A stretch of 64,000 bases of DNA, taken from Octopus vulgaris. Taxonomy: Eukaryota. The position numbers and the translations under genes are program-made. The notes below the pieces were generated by a model, which did no database searches, was not told where the DNA came from, and was given only the letters and a program-made list of their open reading frames with translations. The DNA lies in contig OX597821.1 in NCBI GenBank assembly GCA_951406725.2, positions 87,420,001-87,484,000 of the forward strand, written 5' to 3'. This document shows positions 28,176 to 43,139 of the stretch, piece after piece (within the stretch, counting starts at the first letter, position 1; each line of letters begins with the position of its first letter).

Positions 28176-28803
28176 GTGGAACAACGTCATCGATACGGCT
28201 TAGGCTCATAACGATGTGGAAAGTCGAACGCTACATTCGTAAAATATTAGAGAAAAATAAGCCAAAAAGATAAGAAAGAAAGCAAGAAGGAAATGAAATA
28301 TTTTTGTAGCCGTTTGACCTACAATTGTACTAAAGCAGACTGAACGGAATACCGATGCAGCGGAAATTACGCAAATGCATAATAAGGTTATTCGAAGCCC
28401 CATACGTACCTGATACAATTATGGTGCACTGCCATTTTTTGCGTATTGGTTCAGTTTCGGAAAATTCTTCTTTATTTTTTTCTCTTCGAATTTCTTGGCA
28501 GAAGAATACATACAACGATGGTCTTTAATTTCAAATACATTTGCTATTGTTGTTGTTGTTGATAGTAGCGGTGATGGTAGTTGTGATAGCAGTAGCGGTG
28601 TTGGGAATGTTGGACAGAGTAAATGTGTTTTTGGTGGTAACTGTCGATTTCCTGTCTGTGGTATAGTAGTTTAAGCATAGCAGCAGGTGTGGTCACGGAA
28701 GGCTTGCTTAATGGGTGAGTAGTAACAATAGCATTTCAAGACAATATTAGTGTCGATAGTATGGGTTGCCTCAACGACCAAGATGTAGATGTGGAAAATG
28801 GTC

Positions 28804-29103
28804 TTTTACTTGTTTCAGTCATTTGATTGTGGCCATACTGGAGCACCAACTTTAGTCGAGCAAATCGACCCCAGGACTTATTCTTTGTAAGCCTAGTCTC
28901 TTTTGCCGAATCACTAAGTTACAGAGATGTATACACACCAGCATCGATTGTCAAGCGATGTTGGGGGGACAAACACAGACACACAAACATATACACACAC
29001 ATACATATATACATATATATATATGTACATATATACAACGGGCTTCCTTCAGTTTCCGTCTACCAAATCCACTCACAAGGCTTTGGTCGGCCCGAGGCTA
29101 TAG
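28804..29103 (-). mobile_element. SINE family B, 5'-truncated
   Basis: Reverse complement of the B body and tail. Confidence 0.88.
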
Positions 29104-29284
29104 TTTACGTACTTATTGCAGTGGCCCTTCAGTTCTTCTAAACCCTGTAAAAGAACTCGGGAAGTTGGGCCTCCAACCAAGCTTTTCGCGATACCCTTAA
29201 AGTCAAGAACTTTTCAGGACTCCCTCGTAAATGCATACATAAATACAAACATACATATCTGTGTCTGTATATGTATGCCTATGT

Positions 29285-29525
<241 letters not shown>

Positions 29526-30129
29526 CATATACATAAGCATACATAATTACACGCATAAACATACCGACACAGACAGACGGACACACAAATCGATTTATGC
29601 CAGAAAACCAAAATGTTAATGCAGTGTTAATGACATACATGCATAAGTGTTTAGACATAAAAGTGCATAGATACATAGAGAAACATCACCTACTCGTGCG
29701 AGCATTCGCACATGCATACACATACTCACACACACACATACTCACACACACACACATTCTCTCTTTCCTACACACGCGCATGCATACGTGTGTACATGAG
29801 CGCGAATACACAATATATTGATTGGAACTATTGCATCAATTTCCCACAGGTTCATCTTGAAAGCCTATGGTTTTTCTACTGAGACGATGCCAAGTTCAAT
29901 AAGACAATCCAATCACAGATGTACACAGACAAGATCTGTTTTCTTAATAACTCCAAGAACACTCTCATTTGATTTCTAGAGGTCAAGGTGCCAAAAATCT
30001 TAGCTGTAAAGCTGAAACCATATGTGAAAATTTAAGATAACTATAAAATAAAAAAATACAACTCAGTGAATGAGTTACATGAAAAGAAGAACTCGTCTTC
30101 ATATATATCTTATATCTGTCACAAATAAG

Positions 30130-31050
<921 letters not shown>

Positions 31051-31639
31051 TTTACATATAAGAGTGAAAGGATGTGTCAAAATGTGGAGGATAGGAATAG
31101 TAGAATGGGGTTGTGCATGCAGAAGATGAGTGTACGTGGAGTGTGTGTAAGTAGATGTGGGAGTAGTAGAAGGTATGGTAATAATGGTGAGGAATAGCGT
31201 GTGGTATGGTGGATAGGGACGAGGGTCGGACTACGAGGGTGAGTGCAAGAGAGGAGAGCAGAGAGGTACAAGCGTGTAATTCTGGAGTAGGCAGGGGAGT
31301 GGAGTTGAGATAACATATTAAAATCATTCGTCCTATAAATTTTGAGTAAGAAGATGAACATTTGTTTCCTCTGGAAACGGGAAGTGGAACACTGACTCTT
31401 GAAGGCGAAGCCGAAGATCAAGGAGTGTTGGGTGTAGAGGTCGAAATATCGAGAGATAAGCGACTCATTGTTACGTTAGATGTATTTGAGAAGCAGCTCG
31501 AAGATATCGAAGCTATCGGAGAGAGGGCGATCTGTATACCTGACGGAAATTGTATCAGAAAGGAAATACTGGAGTATATTCTAGAATTTGGTAAAGACAT
31601 AATGGGAAGTAATCCTAATGAGGAAGGTACATTGGAAGC

Positions 31640-32035
31640 GTAGCTTGCTTTCCAACCACATGGTCCCGGGTTCAGTCCTACTGCGTGGCACCTTGGGCAA
31701 GTGTCTTCTACTATAGCCTCGGGTCGACCAAAGCCTTGTGAGTGGATTTGGTAGACGGAAACTGAAAGAAGCCCGTCGTATATATATGTATATATATATA
31801 TGTATATATGTATGTGTGTATATGTTTGTGTGTCTGTGTTTGTCCCCCTCAACATCGCTTGACAACCAATGCTGGTGTGTATACATCTCCGTAACTTAGC
31901 GGTTCGGCAAAAGAGACCGTTAGAATAACTACTAGGCTTACAAAGAATAAGTCCTGGGGTCGATTTGCTCGACTAAAAGGCGGTGCTCCAGCATGGCCAC
32001 AGTCAAATGACTGAAACAAGTAAAAAGAGAGAAAG
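31640..32035 (+). mobile_element. SINE family B
   Basis: Matches the other B copies. Confidence 0.92.
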
Positions 32036-32157
32036 AGATATGTGTGTTGGCATTTGGGAGGAAAATGCTAATGTTGAAGTAGAAACAGGACCAATGAACA
32101 GATTCGGGAAAGCGGGGAGAGAAATAGAAAGGAGGCACTACAAGTAAGAGGATAACA

Positions 32158-32466
32158 GCTAAGCTCACCGCCATCAATTTACCACAGGGCAAGTTCACCG
32201 CCATTAATTCATCGCGAGGAAAGTTCATCGCAAGGAAAGTTTACCGAGAAAATATATCCATAGTTTCTCACCATTAATAGTTAAAAAAGCTAATTTATTC
32301 AGAATAAAAAGGGAAAAAAACCCCAGCAAAATCCCCCAAAAACGGTAAAATGATGACGGTGAACTTTCTCTGCAGTGAACTGACGACGGTGAACTTTCCC
32401 TTCGGTGAATTGATGACGGTGAACTTTCCCCAGCGGCGAGCTGATGATGGTGAACTTACCGGAAAT
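32158..32466. mobile_element. Foldback-type MITE with inverted arrays of ~30-bp subrepeats
   Basis: Left arm (aagttcaccgccatcaattcaccg..)x~3, right arm (ggtgaattgatgacggtgaactttccc)x~4, AT-rich spacer. Confidence 0.7.
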
Positions 32467-32857
32467 AGGGCGAGAAAGCTACGTAAGGTCGTGGGCAAAC
32501 TAAGAAAGCGGAAGTGTGGCAGGTAGAATTTTGTCGGGATATTTTCCTCTTATTGTCTTGATAAGGATGTGGATGACCCCTAAAATATCTAATTATTCTT
32601 TTAAGGGTTTTTGTTTTGAATGTTTTGGTAACGTTCATTTATAGAAGGTTAGTGATACATAACCTCATGTATTTTCAGTTGTGTGTGTTTACGGGTGGGA
32701 TTTAGTATTTTGTCTAGAGCCCACATCCTTAGTGTTTCAAACCTAAATATTTTAGCATTAAATCCGCTCGTTTTGAAATATTTACTTCTTATTTCTTTAT
32801 TTCCCACAAGGGGGACAAACAAGGACAGGGGACAAACAAGGGGATATATAAATATAT

Positions 32858-33282
32858 ACTCTTTTACGTTTCACTCATTTGTCTGCGACAACGCTGAAGC
32901 ACAGCCTTAAAGGATTTTTGCAGAAGAAATCGACCCCAGGACTTATTCTTTGTAAGCCTAGTACTTATTCTATTGGGTTCTATTGTCGAACCGCTAAGTT
33001 ACAGGGACGTAAACACGCGAATACCAGGTGTCAAGCGATGATGGTGGTGGTGGTTGGGACTAGCACACACACATAAATATATATACAAATATATCTATCT
33101 ATCTATCTCTATATATATATGACAGGCTTCTTTCAGTTTCCGTCTAATATATCCACATATCCACTCACAAGGCTTCAGTCGGCCAGAGGTTATAGTAGAA
33201 GACACTTGCCCAGATCCCACGCAGTGGGACTGAACTCAGAACTATTAGGTTGGGAAGCAAGCTTCGTACCACACAGCCATAC
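32858..33282 (-). mobile_element. SINE family B (diverged)
   Basis: Reverse complement of B. Confidence 0.8.
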
Positions 33283-33563
33283 CTGTGTGCATGTCGTTGT
33301 GTCTTTGCTTGTCAATGTTCGCCATTTAACTACTTTTCTTTCTACAAAACGAGAAGTTACATTGCGGAACTGTAATTTCAACGAGTTGTGTCAATGTATC
33401 ACCCGATGAGATACATCTGCACCGCCAGATGCTCCAAACCAGTCGTTGAGTGTCCCACCCGTGAAGGATCGATGCTGGATCTGTCGAAACAATTGTCGTG
33501 ATTAATAATGAATTCTTGTATATTCCATCTTCCGTCTTTCTTTGCCATATATATATATATATA

Positions 33564-33930
33564 CTAGCCGTATCGCCTGGCGTTGCTCGGGTTTGAAAGG
33601 GAAATAACTATAAAGCATTTTTAGAGAATTATAGCCAAAAAATAGCAAAAAAATGGAAAAAATATTATGGTAAATATTTTTTGAGAGTTAAAAAGGTCGA
33701 GTTGCGTCCCCTAGACAGTCTATGGTTTGTGTTTCTGATTCTCGACCCCATTTCGAATTTATCGATTTTTTTCAGAACTGGGGGAACTTTTCAAAATTTT
33801 CGCTGCCTTAGTTTTGAATTATGACATTGGGCTATGTGTGTGTCAAGTTTCATCAGAATCGGTTGAAAGCCGTGGTCAGGGTGAGGGTACAACCTAACAG
33901 ACACACAGACACGCACACAGACAAACTGCC

Positions 33931-33945
<15 letters not shown>
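33564..33945 (-). mobile_element. Non-autonomous Helitron within a (TA)n tract
   Basis: Same hairpin + CTAG 3' end and ~110 bp as 26182-26581, unrelated middle; 5' end merges into (TA)n. Confidence 0.82.
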
Positions 33946-33969
<24 letters not shown>

Positions 33970-33975
33970 CATACA

Positions 33976-34117
33976 CTTTATTTAAAGCAGCAGAAAATTA
34001 AAAAAAACCCTGTTACTCTGAGTTTCCCGTTGCCGTTCATCGGACAGTTTTTGCTGAACGGCAACAGGAAACTCAGAGTAACAGGTTTTGTTGAATTTTC
34101 TGCTGCTTTAAATAAAG
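33976..34117. repeat. Near-perfect palindrome (64/63-bp arms, 15-nt loop), probably inverted Penelope-like termini
   Basis: ctttatttaaagcagcagaaaatt..gttgccgttca and tgaacggcaac..aattttctgctgctttaaataaag are reverse complements with few mismatches. Confidence 0.9.
34008..34050 (-). ncRNA. Minimal type I hammerhead ribozyme-like motif (variant core)
   Basis: CTGT-CCGATGA-ACGgcaaCGG-GAAA-CTCaGAG-TA-ACAG: stem I, core with U4C, stem II, GAAA, 1-nt-loop stem III, GUA site. Confidence 0.5.
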
Positions 34118-34234
34118 CATATTACTCTACCACTGGTATTTGAGTACTCTTTTTTCCACCTTGTTTACTCCGGTATGCATATATATATATATATACACAC
34201 ATACATATATACATATATATACATATATACATAT

Positions 34235-34303
<69 letters not shown>

Positions 34304-34804
34304 TATATCTTCACACTAGCTTCTTCTTTTCTCTCTTGTTTCTTTCAATATATTTCGACTTCATATTTCTTACGTGTCTTTTTTTTTTCTATTACCGACG
34401 ATTAGTTTGTATTTCACTATTCTGTAATCTCCACCAAATACCATCCAGCAATATGAGTGGAAACATTCCCATTACCAACACCACCAATGCTTTCACCATT
34501 ATCTATATCATCACAACTGGAATAACCAGTACATGCAGTATCAGCGCTACCACCAACACCGCAACCCCTACTGGTACGTAACGTTTTCCTAAGCTCTGGA
34601 ATTATATATCGTGATGTTATATAAAGAGGGGGGAAACCTTTGCACTAATGGAGCTAGAAGAATGTTCTTTCGCAAAGGAGGTTTCGTATATCTGTGCTTG
34701 TTTGCACGTGTTTGTGTATGTGTAGTATATATACATATATTACATACATATAATACACATATAACACACATACACACACGTATGTATATATACGTGTATA
34801 TACC

Positions 34805-34847
<43 letters not shown>

Positions 34848-35397
34848 TGTGCGTGTGTGTGTGTGTGCGTGTATGGATGTATATATACGTATGTATACAC
34901 AAACACACACACACATGGTTCTATGTATATTCAGTTGTGCGTTAGTGTGTATTTGTGTATTCACAATTCTACCTGAAATTACAAGTGTAGATGTGAGTAT
35001 GGATATGCAAGTATTTGAATCCAAATTGCATAGTTTCACCAGGAAATGTCAGCAATTTCATTATTTTAACGAGAGAGAAAGATTACGACGGTCCAAATTT
35101 ATATCGGAGAAGAAATCTCAGTGTTTGAATTTGATTCAAGTTGTTTCTTCAGATATTCTAGACAAATTATAACCAGCACTGACTTTTGCTTCAACGTTTT
35201 GAATCGAGACATCAGATGTAAGCAAACAATGAGATCGAAGACAAAAATGGGTAACGAGTGAATGCGCCGTATTTCGAGGGGTTTTGGCCCTTCATCAGCG
35301 CCTATCACCTCCAAACATATTGCTTATATATATTTCTTTACTGCCCACAAGGGGCTAAACATAGAGGGGACAAACAAGGACAGACAAAGGGATTAAT

Positions 35398-36405
35398 GTG
35401 GACGTAATATACCTTGACGTTGCAAAAGCTTTTGATAAGGTGAAGCTTGGTATGGCATGCCACGATACGAAAGTCTCGCAGAAAATACAAAACCCTAGCG
35501 ATGATGCACACCTGCAGCAGAAGTTGGACTCAATTTACAAATGGGCTGAAGACAATAATATGCAGTTTAATGCTAAAAAATTCCAAGCCCTGCGCAACCA
35601 GCACCCAAAACTGAACGTAAAATACACAGGGTATACTGGTCCACAGAGGATTACAATCCCAGAACCTAAATAAGTGCGGGACCTGGTTATCGACACGAGT
35701 GATGATACCTCTTTCCACTTGTACATTACCAACATGGCGACAAAGTGCAGACGGCTGGTTGAACGGATCCTCAGAACCTCCAAAACCAAAGAGATGGAAA
35801 CTATGATGGTCCACTGAAGGATTTCCGTCCTCAGCCGCCTGGACTACTCTTCCCAGCTATGGTCACCCCACAGTGTAAAATTAACAGCGGACCTTGAAGC
35901 AATTCAGCGAAGCTTCACAAAGAAGATCGTCTCATTGCTACAGCTCAGCAACTGGGAAAGGCTGAAGCTGCTAAGACTCTACTCCTTGGAATGAAGGCAG
36001 GAGAAATATGCAGTAATATACATCTGGCAGATCCTGGAAGGGATTGTACCAAATTTTGTCATTGAAGCTACACAAATGCCAGAATGTGTCGCCAGTGCAC
36101 AGTGCCAAAGTTCTCAGCCTGGGTTTCAGGGGCCCACAGCTTTTCAATATCCTCCCAAAGAGTCCAAGGGGCGTAACAAAGTAGATGTAGGTGTTTTCAA
36201 ATCAGATCTCAAATCGAGATCTCTTTTTGTCGAGAGACCCCGATGAACCTACATCGCGGCAGGAGGCGCAAATGAGGGTAGCGACATCAAACTCCCCTTA
36301 TTCACCAAATGTCACATATCACAGGAGGCTCTCAATACTGAGAGTGTAGCAAAACGTCGGTGCCCCAGCATGGCCACAACTTTGAGCTGAAACTGATAAA
36401 AAAAT
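35398..36405 (+). mobile_element. Decayed CR1-like LINE, same family as 3645-4636
   Basis: DVIYLDVAKAFDKV joined to [47 protein letters not shown]; tail cggtgccccagcatggcc..gctgaaac. Confidence 0.88.
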
Positions 36406-36604
36406 ACAATAAATTATAGAATTATAAAAATATATATCAATGAATTAGTGTACACACACACACACATATACAACATTTATATGTATTTTTTACAACTGTA
36501 TAATTGACTTTTTATTAAACTTATATATTACATTTTATATATAAGTATGTATGAACAATAGGTATTTTATTGCATATGTAAATAGTTTCATATACTCTTT
36601 TTTA

Positions 36605-36610
36605 GATCAA

Positions 36611-36643
<33 letters not shown>

Positions 36644-37145
36644 AATTCTTTCTCTCCCACTCACTTTGTATGTACACACACACACACACATATGTGAGTC
36701 TGTGTGTGTGTGTGTTTGTAGATGCGTGTGTATGTCTGTGTCTGTACATATATACATGCATATATATACATAGATATATATATGTATATATGTGTGTGTG
36801 CACATACATGTATATGTATGTATGTATGTATGTATGTACGTATGTATGTATGTATGTATGTACGTATGTATGTATGTATGTATGTACGTACGTATGTATG
36901 TATGTATGTATGTATGTATGTATGTATATATATATATATATATATGTACGTATGTATGTATGTATGTATATATATATATATATATATGTACGTATGTATG
37001 TATGTATGTATATCCATGTATGTACGTATGTATGTATGTATGTATATATATCCATGTATGTACGTATGTATGTATGTATATATATCCATGTATGTATGTA
37101 TGTATGTATGTATGTATGTATGTATGTATGTATGTATGTATATAA
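36605..37145. repeat. (TATG)n/(TA)n microsatellite cluster
   Basis: Direct. Confidence 0.95.
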
Positions 37146-37519
37146 GTATTAGCTGAAATCTCTGAGCAAATTTATGCTACCAATTTCATTTCAATCAATG
37201 TTTACATTTGCATTTGTTTATTTGAACACACCTTATGTTACAAAGATCGTTGTATATATTGACATACACGAATACTCATACCCCCAGGATAACTCAAGAG
37301 CGTCAATGAAGACTGTGTTATATTGATTACATTAAATATTTACACATTTGAGACTAAGAATTTATATTAAAAAGCAGGGCCCTTATATCTTTTTTCTGTT
37401 GACTAGCAAGAAAACAGAGCCAAATGGCTAGTGTTTCGAGAATAACGCAGCCCACAAGGAATCATATTCCAAGGTTTTGTTGACATGTTTTCAGACCTAA
37501 TAGGCTTTTTTTTAATGTA

Positions 37520-37958
37520 TTATTTTTTACATGTGTGAGTCACTGGATTGCGGCCATACTGGAACACTGCCTTGAAAGGTTTTGCCGAAGAAATTGACCT
37601 ATTTTTAAAAATGTTCCGGGACTTATTTCTTATTTCTTTATTGCCCACAAGGGTCTAAACACAGAGGAGACAAACAAGGACAGACAAAGGGATTAAGTCG
37701 ATTACCTTGCGTAACTGGTACTTAATTTATCGACCTCGAAAGGATGAAAAGCGAAGTCGACCTCGGCGGAATTTGAACTCAGAACGTACCTACAGACGAA
37801 ATACCAGTAAGTATTTCGCCCGGGGTACTAACGCTTCTGCCAGATTGCCGCCTTAGCCAGATCGCCGCCTTATTTCTATCGGCTTCTTTGCCGAACCGTT
37901 GAGTTACGAGAACGTAAGCAAGCCATCACCGGTTGTCATCCGGTATGGTGATATGCAA

Positions 37959-38036
<78 letters not shown>

Positions 38037-38145
38037 TCATACGCTGCGTTTCTTTTTGTTTCCGCCTACAAAATACACTGTAGAGGCCTTGGACGACCCG
38101 AGGCTATAGTAGAAGACCCAAGCTCAAGGTGTCACGCAGTGGTCT
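37520..38145 (-). mobile_element. Old SINE-B interrupted by a SINE-C
   Basis: B tail at ~37530-37600, B body resumes ~37870-38145 with an internal (CA)n. Confidence 0.75.
37625..37853 (-). mobile_element. SINE-C (tail type 1) nested in SINE-B
   Basis: Full C consensus. Confidence 0.88.
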
Positions 38146-38377
38146 CTCAAAATCACACGGTGATCCCATGGTGGGGAACAACCGTTTCAACTACACAGAT
38201 ACGTCTGCATCAAGGGCTTATTTTTTAAAGTAAAATCTTTTCGAAAATGTTTCCTTTTATGAGAGCCTTTTCGGATAAGTAAATGATGAATTTGTAAGTA
38301 TAAGGTTCTACCGTTTTTTCCCCTCTTATTTACATTACATTCCGAGCCCCCGGGTGTAGTCGACCGTTTATATATTG

Positions 38378-38597
38378 GTTTCAATTCTTTTGGCACAAGG
38401 CCAGCAATTTTAAGAGAGATGTTAAGTTAAATCGATCACACCGACTCTAGTACTCAACTGGTACTTATTTTATCAACTCTGAAACTAGTAAAGGTAAAGT
38501 TAGCCTCAGCGGAATTCGATCTCAGATCATAAGATGGAAGAAATGGCGCTTAGCATTTTCTCTCGGCGTGCTAACGATCCTGCCAGCTTGCTGCCTT
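38378..38597 (-). mobile_element. Old SINE-C (tail type 2)
   Basis: ttggcacaaggccagcaattt..cggcgtgctaacgatcctgccagcttgctgcctt. Confidence 0.78.
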
Positions 38598-39015
38598 CGG
38601 CCGTTTATCTTGGTCTCGAGCATGAGGAAGAGTGCAAACTGCCTACTGCTTAGTTGTTTCGTATCCCGCCAGCCTGAGAATTCTGACATTAATTTTTCAG
38701 TGTTAAACAGTGCTAAACATAACTGAATCTGGTATAATTGCCAATTGTACACAAATCTCATATTTTACCGATATTGCAGATTGTAAATCTTATGGAACTT
38801 ATGGGAACCACTAAATTCTGGTAGCCTGGTAGAAGCCATTTCGCTATTAAGATGGACATATACTTTATCTGACCTTAATTTTTCCCTTGCCTCTGCCTAT
38901 ATATTCAAGACTATATATTCAACGACAAATTAAACTTAAGCATCGAACCGAACTCTCATCATTTCATTGTAAAGAAAGCAATTCCAAATCTGTTATCACA
39001 GTTATTTTCTATATT

Positions 39016-39212
39016 TTATTTCTTTATTGCCCAGAGTGGGATAAACATAGAGGGGACAAACAAGGACAGGGAAAGGGATTAAGTCGATTACATCGACCCC
39101 AGTGTATCACTGGTACTTATTTAATCGACCCCGAAAGGCTGAAAGGCAAAGTCGACCTCGGCGGAATTTGAACTCAGAACGTGACAGCAGACGAAATACC
39201 GCTGGGCATTTT
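39016..39212 (-). mobile_element. SINE-C (tail type 1), 5'-truncated
   Basis: C consensus. Confidence 0.85.
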
Positions 39213-40083
39213 CTAAATTTAACACGAAATATATAAGATAGTATTGTTGATACAATCAATCCATTGCAACTCAGAAGACCGAGTCCCAAATTTATGATAC
39301 TATTAGGCGATTAGTTGCGGTTGTTTATTGAGAAAACCAATATAATTTTCTTCGCCTTTTCTATGTTATTCCCCAAATATATCCCTTAGAGATTACCGAA
39401 GCAAGATTGCTCCGACTGAGAATCGAAACTATTAAAGATATTCACCTCATCCGATGTTTGCCCCTGGCGTTTATACACGCGTGTGCGTATGTACCCATAC
39501 ATACACACAAAGATAAATGCACAGATTACGCACGTACAATCTCTTAGTAATTGCTTTCTATCAGTTACAATTGGTGAGAATTATGCATAACTGAATTTAT
39601 CTGATTGTAGCATAAGTTATTACATCTGGGATAATGGTTATGTCTACAGAGTACTGCTTTCTAGCTTTTAAAGCACTGGTCTTTATTGTGTAGGATGTCT
39701 GTATTACAGATTCTTATGATGCTATCATCAATTATATGCAACAGTTAAGTGCAGGCAGACTAAAACATTATTAGTATATATATATACATAAATATTTCAT
39801 TGCTGTGAACATTAGTGTAGCGTGTTAGTCTATTGTATATTTATAGTTGATTAGTTGTGTAGAAGTAGCTAATGCTCTGATGCTATTTTATAGTAACTGC
39901 TATGCGTCGGGTGTTTATCATAACTGGAAATAACACAGCTGTTGCTTGTAAAATAAAAGAACGATCCCTCTGAGGAACTGGCAATTAAATTTTAAAAAAG
40001 ACGACGCGAAAAATATGTTAAAGTTAATATAAAATTCTAAAATAGATACATTTTAAATATACTCAGTAAACATGCATATAATT

Positions 40084-40219
<136 letters not shown>

Positions 40220-41376
40220 GAATGACTATGTTCAGTACAAACAAATACACGCACACGTATACATATGTGTGTATTTGTTGGTTTTAACTTCTATTTCCCT
40301 CTCATTTTGTGTTATTTCCTTGTTCTTTTGTTCACCATCCATCCATCCATCCATCCATCCATCCAAAATGGAATTATTTGTGTACAGCGTAACGGTTTCG
40401 CTATATCCCATAAATCAGTACACTACTCCGTCTATTTATTGTCACCTAAAGTTAACTGACAGAAGCCATTCTTCTTCTCGCAGACTTTCTAAGGTCTCAA
40501 AGAACTCAAATGGCAGTCACCATCTCTTCTCCCCAATTATTTTATGTCCCCTCTCTATTCCCATTTCATCTATGAACTCCCTTTTTTAGCCGAAGCTAAA
40601 TCCGAATTATTGATGAGCCATACGCGTTCAAATATAATATCATATGTTCACATGACTGTAGATAATGTTAAAAACAAGAACATGGAACCCAGATTAATCT
40701 CTGCCATAGCAATTAATCTTGGAGAGAAGAGAATAAATAAATGACTAACTGTCCTGAAATAAAGCTGCCCCCATCCCAGGGGAATACAAGGGATTAGTAG
40801 AAGGAAGTTATGAATTCCAGACCTGCGCTTGTACAATATTCTGTATGTTGGGTAAACTTTACTCTGGTTCAAGTCCGAAAGAACGAAATATACAATGAAG
40901 GAAGGAAAATACGTTCGACTTGAACTGAGGCTTTTCAAAATAAGTCTAACTTTAAAATGGAGACTAAATTACCCTGAAATTTAGCAGGCTTTACACAAAG
41001 TTACTCGTCATAGTAAATACGCACGATTAACTACACGTTTATTATATAGATACACATTTATTATATAGATACACAGTTTTGGAAACTCTTTCTGTGTGAT
41101 TCGAGCATACATACATTAATACATCCATCCATCCATCCATCCATACATACATGAATGAATGCATACTCGCATACATACATACATATATACACACAGACAC
41201 ATACACACACATACATGTATATATATACATACATACACGTATGTGTGTGTGTGTGTAACGTTTGTCGATTATTAATAGAATATACCCATATATACTCATG
41301 TCTTAAGTTCTATCTTTCTGTTTGCATGACCAAACCTACACACACGCCCCCACACATGAGTGTGTGTATATTTCCG

Positions 41377-41890
<514 letters not shown>

Positions 41891-42479
41891 ATTATTTATC
41901 TAAGAAAATTCAATTGCGTCGCACTTTCTGAGTGAAAGCGGTTCAATGAAGAGTCTACTATGAGTTTTGAGGTGTTAAACACAGACGAGTTGACTACGAT
42001 CAAAGGAGCACAAACCACTGAAATGTGTTAGGAGTGAGTGTGGCACGGCGATAGAACGATGCGATTGGTCAGATGTTAGTCGTGTCTCAAAGAACAAAAG
42101 TTATTATTTTAGATGTGTGTAGCAGGTGTAATTAACAGAAAATTAGGATAACAGTTTGATCAATACTACCTATTCTTGAAATTACTAACTTCGGAAATAT
42201 AGATCAAAAGAATAAATATAACATTGAAGAAATGATTTTTTCCTTTTTTTTACGCTTTCAATTCTTCTTTGGTGTAAACAAACTAATATTTAAATTCCAA
42301 TTCGTTGAAGACTGAAGATATAAAATATCTACAGAAACTTCAAAAAAAAAAAAAATTCAATAAAATACTCAAAATAAAACCATATATGTAGTACACAGAA
42401 AGTTAAACTATCTTTGACAACATTTAAGTTATTATATTCCAAACAACAATACATACATGCATACATACATATATACATA

Positions 42480-42712
42480 CTCTTTTACTCTTTTACTTGT
42501 TTCAGTCATTTGGCTGTGGCCATGCTGGAGCACCACCTTTAGTCGAGCAAATCGACCCCAGGACCCCAGGACTTACTCTTTGTAAGCCTAGTACTGATTC
42601 CATCGGTCTCTCTTGCCGAACCGCTAAGTTTACGGGGACATGAACACACCAGCATCGGTTGTCAAGCGATGTTGGGGGAACAAACACAGACACACAAACA
42701 CATACACACACA

Positions 42713-42760
<48 letters not shown>

Positions 42761-42931
42761 CATATATACGACAGTATTCTTTCAGTTTCTGTCAACAAAA
42801 TCCACTCACAAGGCTTTGGTCGGTCCGAGGCTATAGTAGTAGACACTTACCCAAGGTACCATGCAGTGGGACTGAACCCGGAACCATGTGGTTCGTTAGC
42901 AAGCTACTTACCATATAGCCACTCCTACGCC
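42480..42931 (-). mobile_element. SINE family B, full length
   Basis: Reverse complement of B. Confidence 0.92.
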
Positions 42932-43139
42932 TAGATACATACATACATACATGCATACATACATACATACATACATACATACATACATACATACATACAT
43001 ACATACATACATACATACATACATACATACACACATGTTCGTGTGTGTGCACGTGTATACACTATATATACAGCATTATGAATTTACTCCCATTCAGTGT
43101 CCACAGAGGAGTGAATCTGAAGTATGTACTCGCCATCAA

